DNA of 50,005 nucleotides, the filler included, from Streblomastix strix (Eukaryota), in assembly GCA_008636045.1 (NCBI GenBank). It is 2 parts of 2 records of this genome, joined end to end, with 100 filler letters (N's around TTAATTAATTAA, not from the genome) between each part and the next. Parts side by side here need not be neighbours in the genome. Positions count along the whole stretch, not along the records: positions 1 to 24,960 come from SNRW01000219.1; 1 more part is not named here. One strand, written 5' to 3'. The stretch's first letter is position 1; each line of letters opens with the position of its first letter. The translations under genes were made by a program, and so were the position numbers. Below the pieces are notes generated by a model. That model saw nothing but the letters and a program-made list of their open reading frames with translations, searched no databases and was not told the DNA's origin. This document shows, piece after piece, positions 1 through 15,200 of this stretch.

Positions 1-730
1 ATTCAAGAAGAATTTGAAATTTTTTTAGGAAAAATATATTGTATCCAGATGGACCGAAGGCCAGAAAAGGAAGAAGACTCGCGAGAAAGATTTTGAGAAT
101 ACTAAACGTATCCATGGGAGCAATAGACATGATTTAATATGGATAAAGATACAATACTTAAAGTAGATACTCTTAACTAATTAATGAACTTAAGAAATAG
201 GTCAAATCAGCCTTTACGCAATATTAAATTTAATATTATTCAAACCACATATCATTATTAACAGAGGATCTAGCTTAATTCATTTCTAGAAACACATCAG
301 TAAGCTCAATACTTCAATTTTTAATAGACTCTCATCAATGCTCTCACTCATATTTCACATAGATTAAAGAACAACCACATGCTTCAATTTACTAGGAAAC
401 CGAACTCAGTACACATGATCGTCAAACCGAAATACGAAGACACATGGAATGTTGGAATACTATTTTACTATTGAAGAGAAAAAGGATCGATCCGAAATTT
501 GTCAAACATTGAACTGTAGACTAAACTCACTTCACTCCTCATGACTATTTGTTCAATGAGACCAGCCGAAATTAAATGAAAATCTTTAAGGCACTCAGAA
601 ATTTGTGAGAAAACCGGCAGGGTAGACTCGCGACTACAATTAAAAACAAAGTCTGGACTCCTCTCAAAAAAACTATTGAAAACAAGAGATCAAACTGTAT
701 TTCAAATAGCGGCATTATTTGGTTAGCAGA
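1..730 (+). mobile_element. Decayed DIRS-type retrotransposon 3' fragment (tyrosine recombinase N-terminal half, pseudogenic)
   Basis: The frame from 421 reads VKPKYEDTWNVGILFYY*REKGSIRNLSNIELQTKLTSLLMTICSMRPAEIK*KSL. PKYxxxW followed by LLMxxxxMRPAE resembles DIRS YR with the first catalytic Arg. In-frame TGA at 472 and 577, frameshifts upstream, and no intact C-terminal HxxR/Y motifs seen. Confidence 0.7.
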
Positions 731-917
731 TAAAATTTTAATAGCTAAAACATTCGATTCAGTGAAAACAATTAATTTATAGCATTATGATGAATTGAAA
801 ACGACAAATTATAAAGAAATTAAATTTATTAAAAAAAATTTTAAAAGAAAAAAAATAGATTTAAATTTTTTAGCACTAGCGGGTATAATTAGTTTATTAT
901 TGTCGAGTTATTTAGAT

Positions 918-3900
918 TCAAATTGTTTTGTACGGCCCTTATTCGTTAAGGAGTTTTGCAGTAAATATTAAACTATTATTTTCAAAATCATCATTATTTT
1001 CAACTTCATTCAATTAACTTTGAATTAATTTTTGAATAAAATTCCAAGGAACATATTCACTAACTAACATCCTAATATCTTCTTTTCCAAAAAGACTAAG
1101 ATTCAAAACTAATTACATTCCATATTCTGCTATCTTTTCTTGTTTGCTTTAAATTAAATTATTGAAAAATTTAATTTTAGGAAAGACGATATCAAAATGA
1201 TTTTCTGTATATTTTTTTTATAAAAATTTGAAAAAAAGATTAAATTATTATATTATTTAAATTTTATCAATTTTATGTGAATTTTAAATTAACCTTCACA
1301 TTCAGCAAGCCTTGAAAGCACAAGAATAGATAATTAAACAAATTCATTATCTTTATCATCAACCATGCTATACAAACATTTAAATATATAATATCCGAGT
1401 TAATGAGGTATTTTTACTGCTTTGTGAAGTTATCCTATGATAATTGCAGCATATTTCTTGATATAATTGTTTTTATATTAATCATTAAGGAATAACTTCA
1501 CAATCTATTATAATCCATTATTCTTCTCCATAATATCTAGAAATTCATCTTTTTTGCCAGTTAATTAAGATTTTTTCATATTCACAACAATAACTGCTAA
1601 GAAGCGAGTAATACTTACAAGAACATCTTCATCATCACAATCAAGAAGATTGATTAATGGAAGAAAATACTTCTCTTGTTTCATTGATAATTTCTAAGAT
1701 TCTGTTGTTATATCAATTAAACATTCAAGAATAATGGTGAATTCATTCATTATTTGTTCATGTGATATTGATTCAAAAAATTAGAATAGTGAATCAACAA
1801 ATTTTCCTTAATCCATTTCAAATTCAATTATTTCTTTGTTATCATGCAAAAGTTTGTTTGCAAATTTAAGTGCAAGTTATATCATACCCTTTTTATCATC
1901 ATTGTAATACTTACATAATCGTAGTAATCCACTAATATCGTTCATCATTTCATACACTTCTAAATTAACAGATTTACTTTCTTCATTTTCATTGATAATC
2001 TTTTAATATTTTTCAAATTTAATCATTTAATTTGGATAAGATTTCCATGAAATCAATTAAAAAGCTGCATTTCTAATATTTAAATTATTATTTTGTGTTA
2101 ATTCTTTGATTTTTAGAATTGGAAGTTTCTACAAAATTTATTCTCTTATTCGTTCAGAACTATTAATTAGAAATTCTTTTAGCATAATTATTAAATTAAT
2201 TATGTTTGGAGAATCGGTACTGTTTGTATATGGAATATAATTAATAAAAAACAATTTAAAATAAAGATAAAAAAACCAAATTATCTCTTAATTTAATTGA
2301 TGTAATTATATGCTTTTCTATTTAATTCATACTGAAGAATAAGTTCCACATTATTAATAAAATTTTCTTTCAAGATTTCATCATGATTTTCTATAATAAT
2401 AATAATAATAATAATAATAATTTATGTTTTTTAAAAAATAATAAATATTATTAAAATAATTAAAATATTAGTAAAATTTCACCTTCATTTTCAGAAAGCA
2501 CCGAAAGTGCAATTGAAGATAAACGAACAGTTTCAAAATTTTGTGATAAGATTATCTTTTTTAATTTACCTATTATTACAATTTTCATTCCATCAGGAAT
2601 CATTAAAACTTTTTGAAGCAAGCCAATTGAAATAATGGAATATTGAACTATAAGTTTGTTTTGAAATGTATTGTTCTGGGAAATTTGAATTAGTTTAATC
2701 AATCCTTCATTCTTTTCAAAAATATTAAAAAAAATATTCTCTTTTCTAATTTTTAATTGTTAATTCATTGATAGGAGAATAAGACTTAAAATCCTAACTA
2801 CATCCAAAAGAACATTCTCATCCTTAGTGTCAAGAAGAATAAAAAATTGTCTATTAAACTATTCTTATTAAATCAAATTCTAAACCTTTGATGAAAAACT
2901 AATGAGATTAGTAAGAATGTTGATTATTTCATGCATAATCTAATAAGGTAAAGAAGCTATTTCAAATAGCTTAAAAAGTTCTTCAATGAACCTTCCATTT
3001 TCCAACTCCAGTAAAACAATTTCTTTCTAATATATTATAAGATCATTTACAATATTAATTCCTATGATAGCAAAACCCCCTTTCTCTTCATAATTATCAC
3101 AAACTTCCTTAATTGCAATGCAAATATCATTCATGATTTCATGAATATTGAAATTGGTTTGTTAATCTAATCTATTTTTCCAAATAATATCTATATATCG
3201 TTTTAATTTCTTCATTTATTCGGGATAATTAATTTTTGTCATAAATAAATATGCTTTATTTCTAATATTCAAATATATATGATTACAACATTCTTCGATC
3301 TTTGCAATTGAAAATTCTTATTTGATTTTTTCAAGAGTTTATTATGTTCCAACATCAATAATAATTTCCAAAAAGTCAAACAAAAATGAATTTGAAGAAT
3401 TGCTAGTAAAAAATATTTATTAATAAAACAATAATAATTTACAAAATAATAATTATTAATACTAATTTTATAATAATTTTTAATTTAATATTTTTATCAG
3501 TTCATACTACATGACTTATATAGCCTTGGTAATAAAATTATCCTTCATAATCTCAGTGTGATTTCCTAAAAAGATTAAAATAAATAAAGAAATTATATAT
3601 TTCATTTTACTTTATAATACATTGAATACCAACAACTTTAGCTATTTATTTTAGGTTCCAAATGTCAATTTTTTATTCATCATTATTTGAATTTATTAGA
3701 GGATTGATAAAATAGTTGATGATCTCCTTTCTCATCAATGTATTTGGAAACTCTTAATTAATGAAAAGCATAGTCAGTAAATCTGCTGCATCATCTCTTG
3801 ATTTTTAATTCAAATTTCTTTGAAACAGATCAAATAATGTTTCAATTCCTCCACAATCTGAGATTTCTTCTAATAATGGATTTGGAGAGTTACCTTATGC

Positions 3901-5124
3901 TTAATCAGCTCCAACAGCAATATCATGATTGATTAAACAATATACTTCATTTAAAACTTCCAGATCTGAAGAACCAAACAAACGAAGAATAATTGGATAA
4001 TATCTCTTCTCTTGTTTAAGCTATTCAATTTAAGTCTCTGTAGAATATTATATTTTTTAAAAAATCTTTACAGATGCAACTGATATCATATTCAAATCTT
4101 AAGTTTCAAAGAAATAAAGCAATGCTTCAATAATTCCAGCATTAATTAATCTCTCTTTAAGATAATAATCTTTTTTAAAATCAATAATTATGTGACAAAG
4201 AATGCAATCAATATTCTTTTTGTTTTGAATTTATTTTCTTTCTTCTTCATTTCCAAAAATTGGTAATCTAAGATCTTAAATAACTGCTAATGGATCAAAT
4301 CCTTTCATTATTTCATTATAATTATCTAATTAATATAGTTAAATAAAAAAAAACAATTGTTAAAAGTTTTTGAATTTAATATAAAACATAAATATAATTA
4401 TTCATTAAAAAGTTTATTAACCTTCATTCGAAGCAAGATAATAAATTGCTAGTATAGATTGAGATCTTGTCCATTCATCTAAAGCTGATGTTATAGATTT
4501 GAGATGAGAAATGACCGATTATAATATTTATTTGTCTTATATCGGACGTGCTTTGAATAATCTTCCAATAAAAATAGCAGTTTTGTCTTTAAAAACTTTA
4601 TCTGATGTTGTTTAGAAAAGGGAAAATATCTTTTATTTTCCTCCATATTCTTCAACACTTTGGAAATGTGGATTTTATTCTGATTCTTTTGTAGTTCCTA
4701 TTCCTCCTTATAAAATACTTCCAATTGTTGTAATTGCATGCAGAACAACATCAGAATTCTAATGATCCAACAATCGGAATAATGCTGGATATGGATTCTT
4801 CTTCTCATATAATAGTTATCTTTATTCAAACATACCTGGATACGTAAGATACTCCAAAGCTTCAATTATTTAGATAGTAATTGATGTTAGATCTCGAGAT
4901 TCAATGATGTTTGTTAGTTCTTCAGCCACCCCAGCTTCAATTGCTTTCTATCTTCCTTCATCATCTTATTTGTCTTTGAACTTGATAATTATCTTTTGGC
5001 AAACATTTTCCTGTTGATCCAAAATTATTTTCTTCTCATTTTCACTTCCAATATATGGAATTTTCAATATTTCAACAATATATTTAAAATCAACAACATC
5101 GTTTTGACTATCAGGCTACGCCAT
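918..5124 (-). CDS. Multi-exon armadillo/HEAT-like repeat protein with four related helical modules
   Basis: ATG at 5124 (MAQPDSQNDVVDFKYIVEILKIP...), open under TAR=Gln in the exons checked. GT-AG introns include donors at 4421, 3629, 2482 and 1293. ARM-like motifs include AGVAEEL, NPYPALFRLLDH, NPHF..VEEYGG and ISDCGGIETLFDLF. TGA at 918-920. Confidence 0.8.
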
Positions 5125-6335
5125 TTTGCCTGTTGAATAAATTATAAATAAATATAATATTTTGAATTTAATATTAAATTTAAATGAGAATATGTTTATT
5201 GTGAAAATTTTGAAAAATTAATATATAAAAAAATGATTACATTTATGGTTGAGATTTTGAAGAGTTTAGAAATATTAATGAAAAAATGGCCAAAAGTAAC
5301 ATAAATGCAAAAATGATAAATAAATCATCAAAATTACCAATTTATAGGAGTAATAAGCGAATTATTTTAATTAATTTTAATTAAGGCGCATTTATTGAGA
5401 AAAAAAGCAATTAATGAGTAAATTGAAGATTAAACAAAAAGAAAAAATAATTTAATAATTAAATAATATTTATAATTACAACGCGTGAAAAGATTGATGG
5501 AAAAATATGAATTTAACAAAAAAAATATTTTTTGGCTAAATATATAAAATTATTTGATAGAATGAGCAAACTGACATAATAAAGAAGAATTTATTAAGGA
5601 TTAAAGATTTATTTCGCTAATGATCTTATTTCCAGTAAGAATACAGCAAGCTAAAATTAAAGGTTGTTTAAGTTTACCATTTTAATTTTATCAATTATTT
5701 TGAATTTTATTTTACAAAATCAAATTGGTCTGTTTTTGTTTTCAAGATACAATTAAAAGAAATACATCTTAAATAACGAGAAAAAATAAAAATTATCTGT
5801 TTAGTCTCTTCTAATATTTAGTCACAAAATTTTAAATTCTAATATTTCATTACATATTATTAAATTAATATCAATAAAATTAGCATAATATTTAAACGTT
5901 TCATCTTTTTCTATGATCTACAAACTTAAACACCGAATATCTAACAATATTAACTTACATATTTATTTATTCACTATCATTAATGTATAATTTATAATTT
6001 TAAAAGATTTTTTAACTTTTAAACTTAATTTGTATTTATTATGCAAAATTAAAATCATCATTTATTTTTATTTATTTTAATTTTCCATTTATTTTTAACC
6101 ATCTTAATATATAATTATTTATTTGTCATATTTTCTAATTTAGAAAATATTTTTTCATTATTTTTTATGAACTATTCATAGATTTCAATTACTTTTACTC
6201 GATGAAACTACCTGGAAGATTTAAATAATTTACATTAAATTCTTTTTTTACAAAAATTTTGAAGAAATAGTTAAGAAAAAAGTATAAATTTATATTTTTC
6301 AATAATTAATATTTAATATATTTTATATTATTCAG

Positions 6336-9300
6336 TTAATAATGATATAACTGTTCTCTGGGACATAATAGTTTTCATCGCAATTCGATCCACACCTTTG
6401 GGATTAAATAATGAAGAAATATTTTCATCTTCATAAAAAGCATCAATTTCAAATTCAGCTTCAGAAAAATAATCCCCAAATTTTGCCGCTCCAATATCAT
6501 ATGGTGGAAATAACTTTTCTATTTGCTATGATGATCTGTCAGCAATTTTTCAAGCTTCACAAACACAAAGTACTCAATCGCATGTTGGAAGATGCTTTTC
6601 TGTTGCATTAATAGCTAAAATGGAATTTTGAGAATTCTTCTTTGCTACGTACAATAGAAAGATAAGAGAATATGATGCACATCTATAATTCATATTTGGA
6701 ACTACAGAAATGGAATAAACAGCGCCAACAACACTTGCACTAACTGGATCTGAGAAACAATTGATAGTTGGACTTGATAATGGGAGTGTGAGAATATATT
6801 AGTTGCCACTTTCAGATTCGTGTGTTGAGATTCCTGTTCATTCTGGAGCTATTACTGCACTTCTTGCAAATTCCACATTACCTGGGAAGATGTTGACTTC
6901 TGTTTGATAATTATTTATATTAATAATTTATTTTATATTTTGTTATTATTTCTAATTAATCAATATTTATATTTATATTATATTATTATAGGGAGGATCA
7001 ACACACATTCTTTCAGTATCAGCAGATGGATGTGCGATATCTTCAGTTCTTCCTCCTGCTCAAGGTGAATCTGAATTTGAAGTTTGAATTAAATATTAAA
7101 TTAATTAAAATTAATTAATTATTTAAATTTATTATTATTTGAATATCTAAATTAATTATATATTATTTAATTAGATTCCATAAGGATCAGGAACAGGATA
7201 AGCTGGAAGAGAAGAATCGTGGGCTGATGAAATACAAGTATGAAATATATAATATTTGATATATATGATAGAATTATTATTTCTATATAATATATATTAA
7301 TTCATTAATTTGATTATATATTTTCATATTATATAGGTTAGTCGTGCAGCATATGCAGAAACGATGCAAGCATTAATAGATTTAGAAGAGCACATCAAAG
7401 CAGTTGACTCATAAAGAGAAGGTGGAGTAGAATCAGTTCGCAGAGAACATGAAAGAAAGATGAAAGAAATCACATCCGGACATGAAGTAGTGAAATAATC
7501 ACAACTTGAAAGACTTCGATCGACTGAATCTGAGAAACAAGCGACGACAAACAAAGCTTCACAAGAAATGGATCAGCTTCGTCGAGATTATCGTGATTCA
7601 ACAGTTAGAATTGATGAACATACAGAAAAGAAGCAGAAGTAACTTGATGAGACATCGACATAAGTTGAGAAGGAGAAAAGATCGAGTGCAGAAGAATGGG
7701 AAAAGAAGATGAGAGAATTGAATTCGTCCCATTTGAATACATTGGCTGAACTTCGGAGTTAGTTTGAAGAAGAAATCAAACAAAATGATTCACATACGAA
7801 GAAGTTGGAAGAAGAAATTGCAAAGTTGATGGATTCTGATACTGATGTATGAATAATTAATAAATAAATAAATATAATTTTTTTATTTATAATAATATAA
7901 TGATGATTTCATTGTAGCAATGAATATATATTAATTATATATCATGAAAGAGATCAATTTCAGAATTTATATTTATTTATTATTTTTTCAAATTAATCTA
8001 ATTTTAACTTTCATAATAATAATTCAATTATTTATATTTAAATCCTTAAGGATCGTCTTCAAGTAATGGATCAAGTAGATATCTCATTATTAAAGCTATA
8101 AGCAGATATGGAAGAATAATTGACTAAAGAGATTGGTAAGAGAGATGTTGCTTAGAAAGAGAAGAAAGATGCTGATTATGTTGTGATGCAGAAAACAGCT
8201 CGATTGAGTGACATGAGGAGTAGGTATTTATTGTATATTAATAATAAATAATGTATTTATATATAATATATAATAATTATTATTTAAATTGATTAATATT
8301 AAATTTATTTTGAATATTAATAATTTAGATATGAAGAAAAAGTTATTGAATATTAAGCATGCTGTCAGATGTTAGAAGAAGTTCTTGGAGAAATTGCATC
8401 TTTGAAGTATAATAATAATTAATGATTATATAAATAATAACTTTAATTTAATTTAATCTAATTATATTATATTTTTTTAAATCATTATTTAATTAATAAT
8501 AGGAAAGAAATTGCAGAAAGAGATGATACAATCAAAGATAAAGCATTCAGAATTCAAGATTTGAGACAAAAGAATCAAGAATTGGATAAATTCAAATTTG
8601 TTCTTGATTGGAAGATTCAAGAATTATAAACGAAGATTGCACCCCGAGAATAAGAAATATTGGTTTGAATTATTTAGTAATATATTATTTATAAATAATT
8701 ATTGAATTATATTTTCAATACTATTTATTTATTTCTATTATTAAATAGACACTTGGAGATCAAATCAAAGATATGGATTCTGAATTGAATACATATGCTA
8801 TTAAGAAAAGAGGATTGGAATTAGGTATAAATAATAAATAAATAAATATAATTAATTATATTCTTATAATTTAAAAATTAAATAATTAATTATATTAATA
8901 ATTATATTAATTATTCAATCATTAATTATTTAATATTCATAGAACTCTCCGAAAACAGACTCAATCTTGAAGGATTGGAGAAAGAATTAGGATCATTACA
9001 ATAGAGATTGAAGACAACAAATGAATATATTAAGAAAGTTGAAGATGAATTACATAATGCTCTTCCCCATTTAGATGATCCTAAAGTTTGAAATTATTAT
9101 ATATTATGAATTAATTATTTTGAGTTTTAATATAACTTTTGAATTTAATTTTTTTATTTATATTTTCTGTTTATAAATTTTAATAGGAATTAAAAGAGAT
9201 ATTTGTTAAGATCTATACATAATATGTGATTAGAAATGCAAAAGGATAATTGAATGCAAATCCAGCTGCTGATAGTAATGCTCCAAGTGGTATGAAAATA

Positions 9301-11486
9301 AGAAATAATATAATACAATGTTACTAATAAATTATTATATTTATTTTTTAATTATTAATTAATTTTTCTGAATATATTATTTTTATATTCATTTGTTTAT
9401 TCAGGTCGTTTCTCTCTTCCACCTCCAATGGCCAGATAAGTTGCATCATCTGGAGGAAAAAGAAAAGGAGGAAGTATATAAATTAATTTAATTATATAAA
9501 TGCTAATTTATTTATATTATAATTAATTATTATATTAATTAATTAATTTATTTATTTTTTATATTCATAATTAACAGGTTCAACATAAATGCATCAGGGG
9601 ATGTCTGAACAAAGAGAACATGAAAGATAACGATCTCATTTGGGTATATAAATATTAATATTATATAAAATAATTTATAATAAATATTTGTTTATCTTAT
9701 TCTTATATTAATAACAGAACGAAATGTAACAAAACTTAAGACCAATCTGACATAAGGAGCAATGAATCATAAAGTGTAAATCTTAATAATAATTAATATT
9801 AATTACTATTTATTTTTATAATAATCATTTTTTTCTTATTAATATTAAAAATAGGCCGAAATAGCTAGAATAATGCACGAGAATGTAACATTAGTGAAAG
9901 AGATCAATTAATTACGTAGAGATATTTTCAATGAAGAACAAAAAGAGAAAGAATTATTAGAAGAGAAAAGGATATAAATGGAAGCTTAGAAAGCGACATA
10001 AGGAACAAGAAAAGGTTTAATTTATTAATTTTATTTAAATTTTTAATTGTTTTATAGGTCGTGGGTCTATTTCATTTGGCGCAAAATCAGCTCCTGGCGC
10101 AGGTATAAAAATATATATTTAAATTCCTAATATTTTATATTCATATCCTTTTATTTAATTAATTAATTATTATTATATTATTTAATTATTATATTTAATA
10201 ATATTAATTATAGCCAAAGATGCCTCATAATCCATAACAAGTGGCGGGGCAGGTCCATCTGGAAGTGCATAAGGTGCATCAGGATAAGGAGTTGATGATG
10301 CTGTTCTGTTATCATCTGTTCAGAGAGAGTTGATGGAACAGAAACAAGAGTTGGATAATCTGAGAAGATTGGTTGTTGAAGCTGAATAAGCAAGAGCTTA
10401 AGTGTGCAAATTAATTAATTAATAAATTAAAAGATGTGAATATTAAATATGGAATAATATTATATTATTTATTATATTAATATTTTATTTAGGAAATTGC
10501 ACTTTTACGCAAACGACGCAATTAGGAGGCAATTAGTGCTAATATTTCATAAGTATGTAAATAATAATATAATAATAATAATAAATTGAATATAAAAATT
10601 ACTATTCTATATTAATTAAATTAATACTTTTTAATTTTCACAGCGCTCTGGTAATTCTAAACCAAACTCGCAAGGTTTTTATTTATATAATGAATGGCAG
10701 ATATTATTATATTAATAAATAATAATTTTGAATTTCAATTCACTTCTTATTACTATTTATAAATTAATAAAAGGAAAAGGATCAAGCAGTCATGGAAATC
10801 GAGGTATATTTATATGAAAAAATAAATAAAATTAATTTAAATATTTTGAGATAAATGAGAATAATTTTAGGGTAAAATATGAGAAAATCACAATGATTTT
10901 AAATGTAGCAATTTTTGATATCTCACCATTCTAATAAATTTGTTTTAATTTTATTTGCATATTAATTTTAATTTCATTATTTAATATTTCTTATTATTTA
11001 TATTATTCAGCCTATCTTCCACCATTTGATACCAGTCAATAACATACACCTAGTGGAATGTATGAACAATAATTATATTATTTATATATTTATTCATAAT
11101 TAATTTTATTTACTTATTCTATAATTAATATTCATTCATAATTTAGACGTGGAGATTCGAAAGGCAGTGTAGGAGTATAAACATATGGATAATCTTCCTT
11201 CCCATAAAAACTACCCAGTGCATCTCGTACATCCTTGACATCTCAAGAATCATCACATCGCAGATCTGAATAATTATAATAATAATAAGAATAATAATAA
11301 TAAGATTAAGATTAATATTAAGATATAAATATATAAAAATAATCAAATGAAGGAGAATAAAGTGGATAAACAGATTAAGAATAAGAATAAGAATAATCAT
11401 AGGAAGGAGAAGAATAAGAATAAGGAGATACTGGAAATGATGAATAAAATGATGATAATACAAATCTTCCTCCATTTGATGAGTGA
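6336..11486 (+). CDS. CFAP57: CFAP57/WDR65-like cilia/flagella protein; 5' part incomplete or degenerate
   Basis: Spliced translation gives WD-like repeats ([32 protein letters not shown]) followed by a long coiled coil. It contains [46 protein letters not shown] and RQRSHLERNV...[18 protein letters not shown], which I recognise as CFAP57 signatures. Many introns; TGA at 11484-11486. In-frame TGA at 6629-6631; the first ATG after it is at 6710, so the true start is uncertain. Confidence 0.85.
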
Positions 11487-12294
11487 CTATAAATTAATTT
11501 AAATTCAGATTAAATTTCGTAATTATGAAAGATTGATAATATCAAGAATGATAGATTACCACTACAAACAACAAAATTTGAGTAGTACTCCTTCAAAATT
11601 TCAAACACAAATCATTTCTCCAAACATAAATTAGTTTAATAATCAATAAACAACTTAAAACTTCTTTCAAAAATAAATTGTATGTATTAATGTACACTTA
11701 TAATATATTTTTGTTCAAATTAAATCAAAGTTGATGAATGTCAAGAAAAAAGCTGAAGCATTAAAATTTTTGATTCAGTTCATTGTTGTGCAAATAACTT
11801 TGTGCCACTATATTATTCAATTCTGAAGATGCTAATTCTTCAAAAATAAAACGGTTTCTATAAATTTGAATATTTAATTGCCTTAAATGCTTCCAATGGT
11901 TGCATTTTTCAAGATTTTCAAAAAAATCTCATTTTCTCATGAATGAACCTTGATAAATTTAATTCATATAAAATTTTATGGCTAAAATTAAATTTAACAA
12001 CATATGTTAACTTCAAACTCATTTTTTTGTCTTTAGCCTGAACAAATGTCGAAGTATAGAAATTTATTTAAAAAAAAACTCGCCACATGATCAAAACGAA
12101 TATTTTTATTGGTTTTCTCCATCATAAATTATATGAATATTATTATTTACGTCACATTATTTGTTAAATTAACGCTATATATTAAATCATCTAGGCATAT
12201 TAATCAAATAATTTTTTTGCACTTTATTTTACTTACATTTATATGTTAATTTTTTAATAAAAATTTTGTTATTATCAGAATTTTAATTTGACTA

Positions 12295-15200
12295 ATGTCA
12301 TCGTAAGCAGAACTTTATGAGGTTATTGAAGATTATTATGGATGGTTTCTTATTGTAATAAAAGGGGATATAGTAAAAGTGATTAGAAAAGAGCTCAATT
12401 GGTTTATTATTGAAAAAGATGGAAAAGTCGGAAAGGTTCCAGCTTAAAATCTACGCCCATATTCGACTCATACTCCACAATAATCACAATCACTTATTGC
12501 TCGTTTAAAGTAAGTATTTTCTGGTTAAAAAACGTTACATTATGCTCAGATTGATATGAAAGTGGATAAACAGATTAATGACCAAAATTCAATTTCTCAA
12601 TAAATTCATATGTCTCCTTAATAAAATCAAACGAGTACTTTTCCCCAACAATAAAATTTTGAATCATAGATCATTAGTTAAAAAGATTCAGATGAAGAAG
12701 TAAATTAAATTTAAAATTCTATAATCTTAGATTAGTCAGAGATATTGGATCAAACAGAAGAAGTCAGGTTTGCAATTTAATACTTAAACTTTTTTAGTTA
12801 TTTATATTTTATTGTATATAATAGTGTTACTCCTTTTGAAGAGGATGTGAAATATGAAGATTGTATGCGAATTAATATTGAAATTATACTTCAATACATT
12901 TTATATTTATATTATTTAGTTGAAATTGATCACAAATTCTTTGGTGGAGCAATGGGAAAAACGTTTCTCGTAAAATATAAACCATCAGGAGAATTATATG
13001 TTATGAAACGAGGTTTGAAATGGTTTATTTTACAAAAATTTTAAAACATGCAAATTATTATTAAAAGTCGATTATTTGGATGAGAATGATATAAAGATGG
13101 CTGATGATGAAATCGCATAAATGAAGCGCCTTTCTTCACAATATACAGTTTATATTTTCTAAATTAATACTTTATTTGACATTTTTTTGTTTTAAAAATT
13201 TTTATATTTTATCATTTTTGCCATTATAAATATTTTATTCTATTTATTTTTTTAGGTTCGACTTGTTTGGACCTTCATTGAAAGAACTGATATGTATATA
13301 GTCACTGAATACTGTTCTCATGGAGACTCGCGAAAACTCATCAACGAACTTCAATAACTTAGTTAAGAAGAACGCATTAATGCATGCTTATATAAATTTA
13401 AAATAATTTTTAAATAAATATTAATTTTTTAATTATATTTAATAATAGCGAGTTTGGGAATTGTTTGCGTAAATTATTCTTGCAGTTAATTTCATGCATT
13501 CTGTGGGCGTAATCCACAGGTTAATCAATTATTATTATTATTATTATTATTATATTCTACTATTTTTTATATTAATTTAAATTTTTTTTTAATTTTAAAC
13601 AATTTTATTTTTAGAGATATTAAACCTGAAAATATCTTTATCATGGAAGATGGAAGTGCTCGACTTGGTTTGTGAAATATTTTATTATAATTTTAATAAT
13701 TTTAATTAAATATATTTAATTATATTTAATTCTAAATAATATTTTTTTAGGTGACTTTGGATTATCACTTGCATTAAATGATAAATATTATGCTACAAGA
13801 GCTGGAACAAGGTGAATTCAAAATTATAAATAAATTATTTAATATTTCATTATTTTTATTCTTAACAATTCATTACTTTTTAATATATAAATATTTCTTT
13901 AATAGAAATTATATGGGTCCGGAAGTTTTAATGTAAGGAAAGTATGCAATAATATTTATTTTAACGTATATTTTGTAATAATAATTTTTGTTTTAATTTA
14001 CTAGGATGTACTTCAGCTCAGATATCTATGCATTAGGAATTGTAATCTATGAATTTCTGACAGGAAAACATCCATTCATGGCTTAATAATAAGATTAAGA
14101 TATTGTCAGCAATATTAAATAAGGAAAATATGCTGATATTCCTGAATGGATTCCTGCAGATTTGAGTAAACTTATTTTTAAAATGATAGACATAGTTTGA
14201 ATTCTGATTGTTGAATAATTTTAATTATTGTAGCTATTATATATTTTTTTTAAATTTTTTATTTTATTATTCAATATTTATTATTACAGGATAAAGATAA
14301 AAGGCCAACTGTTTAAGAAATATTAAAAATTGAAAAACTATAAACAATTATCTAATAAATAAAAGATTAAAAAAAAGAATTGAATGAAATTAAAGGAAAA
14401 AAGTAATAAGCAATGATTTTATCTCATCCATAAATAGTAACATTTAAATAATTGACATTAATTAATGAGGAAATTAATTTTTATCATACTATGAATTCAG
14501 TTTCAAACGAAAAATACTCAAAATTAAAAGATGGATTAAACGCTATAAGATATGTATTGAAAATAGCTAAACCAAAATCATTTGATAACATACATGAAAT
14601 TGCAATTGAATTATTGAATAATATTATAAATTTGTTAAGTGAGAAGATGATAACAGAAATTGATATTGAAAATACATTATATTCAGGAGTTATAGTTGAA
14701 CTGCTTGATCTATTAATTATTTTAGAAAAAACAAAAATGAGAAATATGATTATAATGATTATTTATACAATTTGCAGATCTGGAACTCCAAAACATACTC
14801 ATATAATGTTTGAAATGAATATTTTCAATTATCTTATTCCAATTTTCAGAAATTAAGATAAATTCAGAAAACATTTTATACTTGATTCATTTATGCATAT
14901 TATATAAAATGGATGGAAATAGTCAAAATCATCAAAAATATTATTATTTTAAGATTCATCATCTACTAAAAGCCAATTTAAAATTCATTTATAAAAATTT
15001 TTCCAGATTCATCATCCATGTTAAGCTAAATTAGAGAAGTTAGGAATCATAAAACAACTAATTGAAAATATTATGATGAATAAAGATGTTGATTTTGATA
15101 GTAAAAGTTAAATTTATAATATGCTTGATTTACTTTATATTGAAGGAATTTAATTACCCCCTGAAAATAAACTACAAATAATTGAAAATCTTTGTTAAAA

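Noticed and set aside
11359..12578. 20-bp exact match aaagtggataaacagattaa at 11359 and 12559
   Set aside because: It is short and A-rich, is read in different frames in unrelated low-complexity regions, and has no flanking similarity. Chance cannot be excluded.
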